Assembly: GCA_965224195.1 (NCBI GenBank)
Contig: OZ245040.1
Location: 1,120,001 to 1,184,000 of the forward strand
From: Nitrosopumilus sp.
Lineage (GTDB): Archaea > Thermoproteota > Nitrososphaeria > Nitrososphaerales > Nitrosopumilaceae
Length of the DNA stretch: 64,000 nucleotides
Direction of reading: 5' to 3'
Below are positions 20,162 to 30,556 of the stretch, piece by piece (the stretch's first letter is position 1; the number at the start of each line of letters is the position of its first letter). The position numbers and the translations under genes were made by a program. The notes beneath the pieces were generated by a model that saw only the letters and a list, made by a program, of their open reading frames with translations, did not search any database and was not told the origin of the DNA.

Positions 20162-20836
20162 ATGGATTTGAAAAAATTCAGCAATGATATTTTTGAGATG
20201 TCTGAAAAACTCTCAAAAAATCTAAAGGAAAACGATGTTCCTAAACTGAACTATGTTGGGCAGCAATTGATTGGAATGTATAGGAAAAACCTTGTTAAAA
20301 TTAATCATTCTATTTTAGAACTAATTTGCGCTAGTAATCTAATTTCTAGAGGATTTACTGTTGAAGTTAAAAAAGATGTTTCTGATATTCTTGTTTCTGA
20401 TATTCTTGTTTGTAATATTTTTGCAAAGAAAGGTGGAGGAAATAATATTATTGAAATTGAAACTGGGTTTACTCCTCCTGAACATGCTATGGATACTATA
20501 GATTATTTCTCAGCCAGAATTATGAGTAAGATTGCAAGATATAGCCAACACTGTTCAAAGTTTTCTTTAGCAACTTCTGCGGTAGGATTGTTACCAATTT
20601 CCAAAATATTTCTATTGCCTCCAAATGCACGAAAAAAAGATGATGTGCAGAAAATTAAAAATCTATGTGATCGATATTATAAAAATCCCCCAATAAAATA
20701 TGATGATATATTGAATGCGCATCTTCATTCAATATATTTAATTAATATCGACAAGGGTTTTGCCAAAGAGCTTGATCCACAAGGATATGTTGATTTGACA
20801 AATGATCTGTTTAAACGAAGTGAAGTCCAGTATTGA
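20162..20836 (+). CDS. Conserved hypothetical protein with PD-(D/E)XK-like core
   Basis: ILVCNIFAKK..IIEIETG; contains a 5-aa duplication VSDIL-VSDIL. Confidence 0.7.
   Translation: MDLKKFSNDIFEMSEKLSKNLKENDVPKLNYVGQQLIGMYRKNLVKINHSILELICASNLISRGFTVEVKKDVSDILVSDILVCNIFAKKGGGNNIIEIETGFTPPEHAMDTIDYFSARIMSKIARYSQHCSKFSLATSAVGLLPISKIFLLPPNARKKDDVQKIKNLCDRYYKNPPIKYDDILNAHLHSIYLINIDKGFAKELDPQGYVDLTNDLFKRSEVQY
20377..20411 (+). repeat. 15-bp tandem duplication (in-frame)
   Basis: TGTTTCTGATATTCT x2 plus TGTTT. Confidence 0.9.
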
Positions 20837-20887
20837 GACTGTATAATTGAAAAAATTCAAATTCTCCTATTTCTTAGTAATATTAGG

Positions 20888-21022
20888 ATGATTTGTGCCG
20901 CATGTGAAACTAGAAAACACTTTGAATGCATTGATTGTATGAACAATCACAAAACTCATCTTTGTAGTTGTGATTGTCATAATGAGAATACTGAATCTCA
21001 TGAAGTTGGAAAATCTCATTAA
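20888..21022 (+). CDS. Cys/His-rich micro-protein (44 aa; not in ORF track)
   Basis: MICAACETRKHFECIDCMNNHKTHLCSCDCHNENTESHEVGKSH*. Confidence 0.6.
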   Translation: MICAACETRKHFECIDCMNNHKTHLCSCDCHNENTESHEVGKSH

Positions 21023-21024
21023 AT

Positions 21025-21705
21025 TTAGTTTTTAAATTTTCTTTCAATCTCTTGGGCCATAATTTCTAATTGACTGGTATCGCCTAATTTTCTATATGTC
21101 AATTTCTCTATGGTCTTGATAATGCTGATTGCTGATCTGTATTGTGGTATTTCAGGCTCATTTAGTTCACCATACATCCCTATTCCTTGAATTTCATTCA
21201 TTTTTGCAAATCCTAAAATTAATCCATTAAATCCTGTGATGATTGATTTTTGTGGAGTGGTTTCTACATCCAACCCTTCCATCTATTTTGTCAGTTCTCT
21301 TGATGTTGTGGTGATGAATGTTTTTGGTTCATTATTAAAAATTCTACTGGTGTGAAATCCTCCTAATGTGTAGATAAATTTTGCAGAATATTTTTTTGCA
21401 GTATCAATTACATCTTGACATAATTCATTTAATTCATTATTACTTTGAGGTTGCCCTTTACCCCCACCAAAAACTATCAAATCATCTGTATACTTGTATT
21501 CCCACTTTTCATCAGGAATGTCTACATATCCTCCTCTATCCACAATATATGTTGGAAATGGCGTCTTTGCTGTTCTGAATGTTTTTGTTCTAAGTGAATC
21601 GTTGATGAAATTTACAACTATACTTCCAACATTTCCCATGTCTTGCATAGCTGCTATGATGATTGGTTTTGTAATTTCTGGCTCTTCATTTTGAATGAAT
21701 TCCAT
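21025..21705 (-). pseudogene. PAC2 (proteasome assembly chaperone) family protein split by in-frame TAG
   Basis: DMGNVGSI, IYTLGG, ITGFNGLILG, GMYGE; the two ORFs abut in the same frame with TAG at 21283-21285. Confidence 0.88.
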
Positions 21706-22114
21706 AACACATCTAAAATCTAATGAATTTTAAACGTATGTTGTATATGCGATTTTTTATAATGAGAATAAATCTTATAAAATTATTTTTATTTTCTCAT
21801 TTCATTATCTAGAATAATTCCCTATTTTATAATCATTCATTTTTTAACATTAATGATGTTGTATTTTTTTTGTAAATGTATTGGGGAAAAATTCCTGTCT
21901 TGTATCAATTAAATGTACATGTTTTTGATTTGTGTATTTTGAATTTTTTTATCAGGTTTGTGGTAGTTTTGTGCCTAGAGATCGACTCTAAAAATTTACC
22001 CCAAAAGTAGAAACCAGTATCATATTTTAACTCTTGTAGAATTTTTGTTTCTATTTGTATGATCGAGAAAAATATGAAGATTCATAAGTAAAAAAAACTT
22101 TCTGTCGACAAATT

Positions 22115-23839
22115 ATGGAAACATCAATGGAAACTATTGGTACACTCGAGTATGTTCTTGACAAATACTCTAAAATCTGGAGCTGGAAGGTTACGGGTGA
22201 TCGAGCCGTCAGCATGATCTCAAGATTGGTATCTGAAGCATGGTATGGTGAGAATGTTAATGAAATTATTATTCCTGACAATACTGAAACTGTAAAACAA
22301 CTAAAACTCATTATGGATAGATATCCTCTTGAAATTTTATCAAAATCAACTTGGCAGAGAAAAATTGTAAAAACGTATGCTCCAAAGCCTACTCTTCCTC
22401 CAATCAAACTAAAACTAAAACGTGCAAAATCTGGAGAACAATTTAGAGGAAAATTATTAAATTTTCAAAAGGAAGGTTTAGATTTTCTACTGAAATCATT
22501 TGGAAATGCTTTACTTGCTGATGAGATGGGGCTTGGTAAAACTGTTCAAACCCTTTCATATGCGGCAACTGAAAAACAAACCTTTCCTCTTCTAGTTGTA
22601 GCCCCATTAGTTACATTAAACAATTGGGAACGTGAAATTCAAAAATTCTTAAAAAAGAAAAGTAGGAATGGACGAATTGTTGAATCTGAATCGCCAAGTG
22701 TCACAATGATTAGAACTGGAAAATCAAAAGAACTCCCAAAAACTGACATTTACTTGATCAATTATGAATTACTTTTCAAAAGAAATGATGACTTGGCTAA
22801 AATGGGATTGAGAACAATTGTTTGTGACGAGGTTCATAATTTAAGATCAAAAACAACCCAAAAATACAAGGCAGTAAAAAAATTAGCTGCAAATTCTTCG
22901 GTTCTTTATAGAATTGGTCTTTCTGGAACTCCGATTTACAATCGTGGTTCAGAAATTTGGCCAATTATTGATATTTTAAAACCTGGGTTGCTGGGGAGCT
23001 TTAAGGAATTTTGTGAATACTTTTGTTATGTTAATGAAAAAGGAAAAGCAATTGTTTTAGAAAACAAACGTGCATCCCTTAGAAATGAATTACAAAAACA
23101 TGTTATGCTTCGAAGAAAGAAAGCAGATGTTCTAAAAGAACTCAAAGATAAAGTTCGTTACAAAGAAGTTATTGCTGCTGATACTGATTATTATCTTGAA
23201 GAATTAGATAAAATTTGGAAGAAAGTGGAAACTGAACAAAAAGATGCTGACTCAGAATTCATCAAATCAGCATCATACCACAGGGCTATTCAAAGTGAAA
23301 GACAAATTGCAGGTATTGCAAAATTACCCCATGTGATTAATTTTGTAAAGAATATTATGGAAATTGAAGAAAGTGTTGTGGTATTTTGCCATCATAAGGT
23401 GATTCACAAATTACTTCATGAGAGTTTACAGGAATTCTCACCTGTATCAATAATTGGTGGTCAATCCGACAACCTTCGTCAAGATCAAATAGACAAATTC
23501 CAAAGAGGTGAATCAAAATTAATGATTGCTGGAATTCGTGCAGGAAATGTTGGTATTAATTTAACAAGAGCAAAATATGTTATTTTTGCAGAACTTGATT
23601 GGAGTCCTGCAATTCATAGACAAGCAGAAGATAGACTTCACAGAATAGGTCAGAAAAATACTGTATTTGCATACTATTTGATTGGAAAAGGAACTCTTGA
23701 TGATCACGTTGCCAATATTTTGGTGGATAAAAGCTATGAAATTGATGAAATCATGGATGAATCAAAAGAAAACTATGAAAATAAAGACAAAGCAGAATTA
23801 ATTCTGGCACAAATCCAAGATAAGATTAGATCAAAATAA
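22115..23839 (+). CDS. SNF2-family (HARP/SMARCAL1-like) helicase/ATPase
   Basis: LLADEMGLGKT, DEVH, LSGTPIYN, QAEDRLHRIGQ. Confidence 0.93.
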   Translation: METSMETIGTLEYVLDKYSKIWSWKVTGDRAVSMISRLVSEAWYGENVNEIIIPDNTETVKQLKLIMDRYPLEILSKSTWQRKIVKTYAPKPTLPPIKLKLKRAKSGEQFRGKLLNFQKEGLDFLLKSFGNALLADEMGLGKTVQTLSYAATEKQTFPLLVVAPLVTLNNWEREIQKFLKKKSRNGRIVESESPSVTMIRTGKSKELPKTDIYLINYELLFKRNDDLAKMGLRTIVCDEVHNLRSKTTQKYKAVKKLAANSSVLYRIGLSGTPIYNRGSEIWPIIDILKPGLLGSFKEFCEYFCYVNEKGKAIVLENKRASLRNELQKHVMLRRKKADVLKELKDKVRYKEVIAADTDYYLEELDKIWKKVETEQKDADSEFIKSASYHRAIQSERQIAGIAKLPHVINFVKNIMEIEESVVVFCHHKVIHKLLHESLQEFSPVSIIGGQSDNLRQDQIDKFQRGESKLMIAGIRAGNVGINLTRAKYVIFAELDWSPAIHRQAEDRLHRIGQKNTVFAYYLIGKGTLDDHVANILVDKSYEIDEIMDESKENYENKDKAELILAQIQDKIRSK

Positions 23840-24454
23840 TTAAATTTCTAATTTTTCTTTTAGCCTAGTTAGTTTTTCAATAATTGAATCTTTTTTTATT
23901 TGTTGTAATTGGGTGTCTTGAATTTCTTTTATCATCAATTCTATAATGCTGAGAATCTCTACATCTTGTTTTACGTCTCCAAATTTAATATCGTTAAACC
24001 CTTCAGTTTCTGTCTTGTCTATCTCTACAATTCCTTCTGGGAGAATTTCATATATTTTGATTACTTTATCTTCTATTCTTTGTGGTGACATTAACACGAA
24101 TTGATTCTTTCTTAGTTTTTCAATCTCTTCTACTATTTCATTTCTAGATATTTTTAAAATGCTTTCAATCTGCTCAATATTACATGATTTGATTTGTAAT
24201 AATCGTAAGATTTTTGCCCATATTGGAATACTTTTACTCCAAAGAATTTCCCTTGCTAGTTCAGTAATTGAAAATGATCCATCACTGTTCAACGATATCA
24301 TTTTTCTGTCTTTTAATGTTGCAAGTGAATCTAATAGTTTCCCAACTCCTAATCTCTTTAATTCTGAGTTCTCTAGGTTGGTCTCATCAAATGTGCCATT
24401 TTCATTAATTGCTAAATGCAAAATTTCTAAATCAATAGTTCCTAATTTTCTCAT
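23840..24454 (-). CDS. Hypothetical winged-helix protein
   Basis: Two wHTH-like repeats (FSITELAR; YEILPEG). Confidence 0.65.
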   Translation of the reverse strand: MRKLGTIDLEILHLAINENGTFDETNLENSELKRLGVGKLLDSLATLKDRKMISLNSDGSFSITELAREILWSKSIPIWAKILRLLQIKSCNIEQIESILKISRNEIVEEIEKLRKNQFVLMSPQRIEDKVIKIYEILPEGIVEIDKTETEGFNDIKFGDVKQDVEILSIIELMIKEIQDTQLQQIKKDSIIEKLTRLKEKLEI

Positions 24455-24527
24455 ATTCTCAACAATTTCTTAAGATTTATCATTCTTTGCACTTGAAGAA
24501 TATATGTGGATTATACTAAATTGATTT

Positions 24528-25148
24528 ATGGTTCAATACGAACTTCCACGATTACCTTATGGATATGATGAACTAGAACCATTCCTTGATACAGAAACAA
24601 TGAAAATTCATCATCAAAAACATCATCAGGCTTATGTTGATGGATTAAACAAATCACTTGCAGATGTTGGAAGTGCATCTCATCCACAATACATCTCATC
24701 TGTACTCTCTGATCTAAAATCAATTCCTGAATCTGGAAGAAGCGCAATAAACTTTTTTGGTGGCGGATTTGAAAACCATAGATTGTTTTGGGAAACAATG
24801 ACCCCAAATAGTGATGGAATCCCCACTGGCCAATTAGAGGATCAAATTGATGTATATTTTGATAATTTTGAAAATTTTAAAAAAGTTTTTTCTGAAAAAG
24901 CAGTTACCATTCAAGGGAGTGGTTGGTGCTGGCTAGTTTTTAATTCCACATATCATAAAATAGAAATCATTACAACTGAAAATCAAACTAGCCCTTGGAC
25001 TCTGGGGAAATTTCCATTACTTGGTTTGGATGTTTGGGAGCATGCATATTATTTGAAATATCAAAACAAGAGACCTGCTTATGTTGAGGCTTGGTGGAAT
25101 GTAGTTAATTGGGATTATGTGGGAAACCGATTTTCAGAACTTGCATAG
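24528..25148 (+). CDS. sod: Fe/Mn superoxide dismutase
   Basis: LPYGYDELEP, HHQKHHQAY, NHRLFW, QGSGW, DVWEHAYY. Confidence 0.97.
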   Translation: MVQYELPRLPYGYDELEPFLDTETMKIHHQKHHQAYVDGLNKSLADVGSASHPQYISSVLSDLKSIPESGRSAINFFGGGFENHRLFWETMTPNSDGIPTGQLEDQIDVYFDNFENFKKVFSEKAVTIQGSGWCWLVFNSTYHKIEIITTENQTSPWTLGKFPLLGLDVWEHAYYLKYQNKRPAYVEAWWNVVNWDYVGNRFSELA

Positions 25149-25200
25149 TTTTGTCTGATTTGGGCAAATTCTTTTAAAGATAAATCATTATTTTCCACTT

Positions 25201-26448
25201 ATGAACAAGAGTCTAAGATACATTGCACTTCTTGCAATTTTACCCTTGTTTACAGCAGGTATGACGACAGATTATTTCTTAGATGCTGAGGCCCTCAAAA
25301 GCCAAGGTACTGGAACATCACAATATGGTTCTGGTATCTGTGGATTACAACTCTGTTCTGAAATCCCAGGTGGTAAAGCCGCTTGGGAAGCAGGACAAGT
25401 TCCAGTCGCTCCTGTAGCTCCAGTTGAAGAAACTATGGAAGAAACCCATGAAGAAGAACACATGGAAGAAACTGAAGCAGACTTGGGTTCTGTACTTAGA
25501 TTATCAAGAGCAAATGTTCCAGCAACAATTCCTATGCATCAAGGATACTACAATGGTGAAGATGTTTTCTACATCATCACTGATTCTAGTGATCCAACAC
25601 ATGCAGACATAATTACTGCAAACCAAGGATGGCAAGTAGAACTTGCTCCTTTATTGAAGAACGCTCCTGAAGACGCACTTTCAACAGTATACTTGTTTGC
25701 CAACGGCATTCAAGGCAATGGTATACACGGATATCAAGGTCAAGTATTCACCAGTACTCCTGCACAAGCAGATGTGTACAGTGCATTGACCTCACATGTC
25801 CATGTAATGTGGAATGATGATGCATCTCCAAGGGTGCTTGATTCAGAAGCAATGGTTATGGAAGCAGCTGAGAATAATGAAATTACATTAACAGAAATTG
25901 ATGTAGTTTTGAACATGCCACAAATTATTTGGCCTGAAGGTCAGATGATGGTTAAGGAAGACAAAACATTAACTGATGTTACTCCTTATGGTGGAGGTCA
26001 AGTTCTTGATATCGATACAGAAGAGATGAATGTAACTTTCATAGCTCATCGTGAATGGGGTCCAGATGGTAGAACAATCTATTACATTGTAACAGATGCT
26101 ACTCCAAGTGGTCCTGCCGAAATGATGGGTGTTGTAAGTTCACCAATATCTGCAAGCTTGATTGCAAATTCAGCAGCAGACTTGTATCAGTTCAAAAATG
26201 GTTTAACAGGTACTGGTCCGTTAGGATTTCAACCTGGTATAGCAGCAGGAACTCCTGGCGATGCTAATTATTCTCCAATGTGGAGAATCTTTATGATTGG
26301 CTGGGATAATCCAGATGATGCTCAATTGCTAGAAACTATTGATGATATGAACGCATACAACGAAGCTGGTTTGATCAACATTGATATTGCACGTCCAATG
26401 TATAGTGACCATATTGTTAACTGTCCGTTTATCGACCCATTCCAATAA
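25201..26448 (+). CDS. Secreted protein with two internally repeated domains
   Basis: Signal peptide; repeats YIITDSS/YIVTDAT, YSAL/YSPMW, VLNMP/IVNCP; N-terminal YGSGICGLQLCSE motif. Confidence 0.8.
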   Translation: MNKSLRYIALLAILPLFTAGMTTDYFLDAEALKSQGTGTSQYGSGICGLQLCSEIPGGKAAWEAGQVPVAPVAPVEETMEETHEEEHMEETEADLGSVLRLSRANVPATIPMHQGYYNGEDVFYIITDSSDPTHADIITANQGWQVELAPLLKNAPEDALSTVYLFANGIQGNGIHGYQGQVFTSTPAQADVYSALTSHVHVMWNDDASPRVLDSEAMVMEAAENNEITLTEIDVVLNMPQIIWPEGQMMVKEDKTLTDVTPYGGGQVLDIDTEEMNVTFIAHREWGPDGRTIYYIVTDATPSGPAEMMGVVSSPISASLIANSAADLYQFKNGLTGTGPLGFQPGIAAGTPGDANYSPMWRIFMIGWDNPDDAQLLETIDDMNAYNEAGLINIDIARPMYSDHIVNCPFIDPFQ

Positions 26449-26450
26449 GA

Positions 26451-26476
26451 TCTTTTTTTCTTTTTTGTTTTTTTTA
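26451..26476 (+). terminator. Oligo-T archaeal terminator
   Basis: Three consecutive T-tracts right after the stop at 26448. Confidence 0.6.
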
Positions 26477-26571
26477 ATTATTTAACATTTGTTTGTTTTT
26501 AAGGATTTTTTCAAACATCTTTTTTGGGAATTATATGTCTAACTTATCTTTGATTGTGAGCATATTACATC

Positions 26572-26946
26572 ATGAGTATTGCTGGAATGTACATGTTAAA
26601 TTCAGAAGAATATCGTGAAGAAAAAGTTCATCAGGTTCTTGACATGTTGTATCTTGATAGGAAGAATGAATTTCGTGAATTATCTGAGGTTCTTCTAAAT
26701 GAAAAAGCTCTAAAGGTAATGTCAAACTGGAAAGAATTTGTTTTGAATTTCAGTTTGGATGTTGAAGATGCTTTCAAAACATGGTCTGGACAGAGTCCTT
26801 TAGCTCCAAGTTCTCCACAAAAAGCTTTGACTTTGTTAAGACAATTGGGGCATGACAAGACATCGATGAATCAGCTAGCACATTTGCTCAATATGTCATA
26901 CAACATATCGTGTGAATTCAAAGAGATTTATCGCCGTCTAAAATAA
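26572..26946 (+). CDS. Conserved hypothetical protein
   Basis: 124-aa ORF with host-like codon usage. Confidence 0.7.
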   Translation: MSIAGMYMLNSEEYREEKVHQVLDMLYLDRKNEFRELSEVLLNEKALKVMSNWKEFVLNFSLDVEDAFKTWSGQSPLAPSSPQKALTLLRQLGHDKTSMNQLAHLLNMSYNISCEFKEIYRRLK

Positions 26947-26970
26947 TCTTTTTTTAATCTAAATGTCTTG

Positions 26971-28300
26971 CTAGTAATTGAATAATGGATAGTCCGCGAT
27001 GAAATAGTTTAGCATGTATAGTAAAAATAATGCAAGTATTGCCAACTTCAATATTTTGGATGGTATTTTGTAAATTACACTAATTAAACCAAACATCATA
27101 ATGGGAATAAAATAAATCATGTAATATGCATAAGTGTCTCTCATTGTATTGATGCACAAAAATGGGATGAAAAATACTAAACCACTAATTATGAAATATA
27201 CCGTTTTTGAAAGTGGTGTTTTGTTATGTAATCTCTGATATACGCCATATCCTATTAGGGCGATGCTACTCCAAAAAGCTAAATATCATACAGGATTGAT
27301 CTTTGATTGAGTCCATAATGTGCTAGGGATGACAATATTTTTCTCTCGTCCATCTTCTGTCATATCTGTTCTGATAGATTCTCTGATTTGATGAAGTTGT
27401 ACACTATCCTCAGCTAAAAATGGGATAAATGTTTGTGAAAAATCAATAACTCCAAATTCTGTACTACGTTGATCCAAGTACCCGCCTGTAAACATTGTTT
27501 TTAGACGGTCAATAGGATTTGTGATTATATTTAAATTCTAAAATATTTTTTTCCAATAATGGTGTATTTGTACCTGTAACATTAAATCGAAGTATTTTTC
27601 TTTCTGATCCCTCAGGATAAATGTATACATCAGGGTCTCTTGTTTCATATTCAAAAACTGTCACTGTATTTTCATAAATTGCAAGTGGAATAAGAAATGC
27701 AGACATCAATATTAAAAATGCGATAAATGGTGTTTTTGTTAATTTCTTTGATAGGAAATGTAGACACAAATTCTCACGATTAGTGATAACATAATGGATC
27801 ATAATAAATATCAAAAAGAACATTGCAGTTTCTTTGATTAGTGCAGTTAGTCCAATTACTAAAGCTGCAAAATAATATTTTTGTTTGAAATAAAGATAAA
27901 TTGAAAAGAACCCAAGTGCCATAACTGGAATGTTTCTTAACATTAATGTAGAATGTACAAATATTATTGGACTAAGAGATAGAGCAACTGTGCTGAGTAA
28001 TGCCATTTTTTTGTTACTTAGATGTTCAATGACTTTATAATTGAAATACAAAAATACCATTCCAAATATTACAATTGGGAATCTCCAGCTAAACCAATTA
28101 TCCCCAAACACATAGAAAAACGGTGAGGCCATTATTGCCAAGCCTGGAAGCTGGTATGGCGTATGGTCAATTCCTAACATGAGCCATCTGGTAAAGTTTG
28201 TAAAATACAATTCATCTAATATCTGAAAACCTGGCTGATATATCACCAAAAGATGCAACCCAAACGAAATTGCAATAATATGAATAATACTAATTGGCGA
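26971..28300 (-). pseudogene. GT-C (PMT/family 39-like) membrane glycosyltransferase, fragmented
   Basis: FQILDELYF, FGDNWFSWRFP, ALIKETA, C-terminal RDTYAYY; split into 27509-28258, 27286-27495 and 26971-27159; 5' end abuts the IS1595 TIR. Confidence 0.8.
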
Positions 28301-29144
28301 TTATGCATCTATTGCCCCTAGCATATACTTCAACAATAGATCAAACAATTTACAATCTCTATTGTTGTATCTCCATTCCATTTCTTTGATGTACAACAAA
28401 AACTTTCTTGGACTTGCTCCGTGATGCTTTGCCATATTCTCTTTTGCAAAACTCCAAAACCCCTCAATGCCGTTGATGTATACGTTCACCTTTTCCAAAC
28501 ATCTTGCTGTGATCTATTGCGAGATGTTTGTAGCCGTTGAATACAAGTGAGTCATATCCCTTCCACTTGTCAGTATACACGATGCTGCCTTTCTTGACTT
28601 TTCTAATCGTACTTTTCAGAAGAGTTTTGGCTTTGACGTTATTTACAATCTCAACATGTACCTTGCCATTTCTCTCTAAAATTCCAAATACAATTGTCTT
28701 GTTTTTGGCACCTCTGCCACGATTTCCCTTTCTTCTGCCTCCAAAATACGCCTCATCAGCCTCAATTTTTCCTTTCAGAACCTTGTCTGTCTTTGCCAGT
28801 TCCTCAAGTATTGAATACCTGATTGTATCAAATGCTTTCAAGGTGGTCTTGTAGCTTGGACGTACTTGTTCTGATGCAGTCTTTGCAGAAACTGACAGCT
28901 CAAAGAGCTTGATTAGTGAGAGCCATGTGGAATATGGAATTCTAATCAAAGAGAACTTTGATGCAGAAAACGGTTTGAAATCTTTCTGACATTTTGTGCA
29001 TCTCATTCTGTCTCTGCTTTTCATGGTGTAGAGAGTTTTGTTTTTGCAGAAAGGACAGGAAATATTCTTAGTGTATTTTGATTCTAGGAATTGTATTAGC
29101 AATGATTCATCAGAGATTATTTTTGCAAATGATACAAAGTCCAT
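28301..29144 (-). pseudogene. IS1595-family transposase, frameshifted
   Basis: CPFC..CTKC zinc ribbon, EADEAYFGG, RGRG, YTDKWKGY, then INGIEGFWS..EMEWRYN in another frame (shift near 28490). Confidence 0.9.
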
Positions 29145-29190
29145 CCAACATTGTTGAAAATTATTCCATAATAATCTAGGGGCAGTAGAT
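28307..29190 (-). mobile_element. IS1595-family insertion sequence
   Basis: 15-bp TIRs ATCTATTGCCCCTAG (28307-28321) / CTAGGGGCAGTAGAT (29176-29190), 14/15 match; no clear TSD. Confidence 0.88.
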
Positions 29191-29443
29191 ATCCAATCAC
29201 CTACTAATTTTATTTAGATATTTTGATAATTGATCTTTGTTCAAGAATTCTCACAATATGCAATATTTGGAATACTTGGGTATAATAATTTATGAAACTC
29301 TTATTCTAAATTCAAATGAAATTTTTAGCATTTTCTGTTTAATTAAACTCTGAAGTTTAGATGGAACTATTGCAAATAACATCGATCAGAATAAAAATTA
29401 TCCAAAAAAAGATTAATTGAGTATGTGAAATCCATATTTTGTT

Positions 29444-29695
29444 ATGGACTTTATGTTGGAAGAAGAATTAATTGATTTGATGACTTTTTGTCTTCAGAAC
29501 CCTGATTCAGAAGAAATATCTGATAAACACAAGCGAATCACTGAGATTGGTCATGAATTATTTGCCGATGGTGGTATTGATGCTTTGGAGAATTTCTCCT
29601 TCGTGCTAAAAAATAGAATAATGGAAGAAATAGAAAAAGATCCATCTCCACTGCGTTCGCTGTGGAATGGCCTTACTGATGAATGGCAGTATTAA
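29444..29695 (+). CDS. Hypothetical protein
   Basis: 83 aa, IGHELFADGG..LWNGL..W. Confidence 0.7.
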   Translation: MDFMLEEELIDLMTFCLQNPDSEEISDKHKRITEIGHELFADGGIDALENFSFVLKNRIMEEIEKDPSPLRSLWNGLTDEWQY

Positions 29696-29713
29696 ATTTC
29701 TCTAGTGAGAAGT

Positions 29714-29857
29714 TTATCCTCTGCCGATTCTGAAAATGGCTGTACTACATGTAGGGCATGTACCCTTGATTGCAGGTTTACCATTTTTCATGGTGTATGG
29801 TGCAGGGGCGCCGATTTCTCGTTTGTCTCTACACTTTACACAATATCCTATTGTCAT
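29714..29857 (-). CDS. DUF5679-like zinc-ribbon micro-protein (47 aa; not in ORF track)
   Basis: MTIGYCVKCRDKREI..TMKNGKPAIKGTCPTCSTAIFRIGRG*. Confidence 0.82.
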   Translation of the reverse strand: MTIGYCVKCRDKREIGAPAPYTMKNGKPAIKGTCPTCSTAIFRIGRG

Positions 29858-30052
29858 AATTTCATTAGGCTCAAGGTCGTATTAGCGAGAACTTGTTGAA
29901 CTTTTTTCACTATTAGACAAATCTCCGATCCCATTTTTTGTGTTGCAGACCAATCTTTTTCGTATCGGAACGAATTATGATCATTTTAGGAACAAATTCT
30001 TCGAATTCTTTAAATTTATGAATAATTTTTTGTCTAAATTATTTTATTAATT

Positions 30053-30478
30053 TTAGCTTACACTGATTGATAATTTTGTGTATTCTGATAATGCACTTTG
30101 ATTTTTCAAACCTTCCCAGACAAAAACTTCTGCAGTATATTTGCCTGAATCATTTGGTGTCCATGATAGTGATGGACTAAATTCTTGGTTTGGAGTAAGT
30201 TGACCACTTATCCATCCTAATGATACAACAAAATCTGCATTGTTTTTAATCTGAACCAGATAAACAAAATTTTGTGATTTTGTTTGATGGTTTGTAATGT
30301 CTGCAGATATCTGAATTTTTTGATTCACGTTTATGTTATCTAATACTGGAGATCCAAAAGTGTTTTCTAATCTTGGATCTATTATTGATGTTCTTTCTAA
30401 TTCAGTTAATGCAAATGCTGGTGTAACACTTACAGTGATCACTAGTATTGCTAATAGCCCTATGCCCTTACTTACCAC
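30053..30478 (-). CDS. Secreted Ig-like protein
   Basis: Signal peptide (PAFA), SLSWTP..GKYTAEVFVW. Confidence 0.75.
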   Translation of the reverse strand: MVSKGIGLLAILVITVSVTPAFALTELERTSIIDPRLENTFGSPVLDNINVNQKIQISADITNHQTKSQNFVYLVQIKNNADFVVSLGWISGQLTPNQEFSPSLSWTPNDSGKYTAEVFVWEGLKNQSALSEYTKLSISVS

Positions 30479-30556
30479 AATTTTTTGGACATTTTTAGTT
30501 ACAAAAGCCTTTCTGCATTGATATTTCCAACTTTGATTCTAAATAATTTAAAATTT

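Noticed and set aside
21706-22114. Replication origin in a long AT-rich intergenic region
   Set aside because: No ORB-like repeats and no adjacent cdc6/orc1
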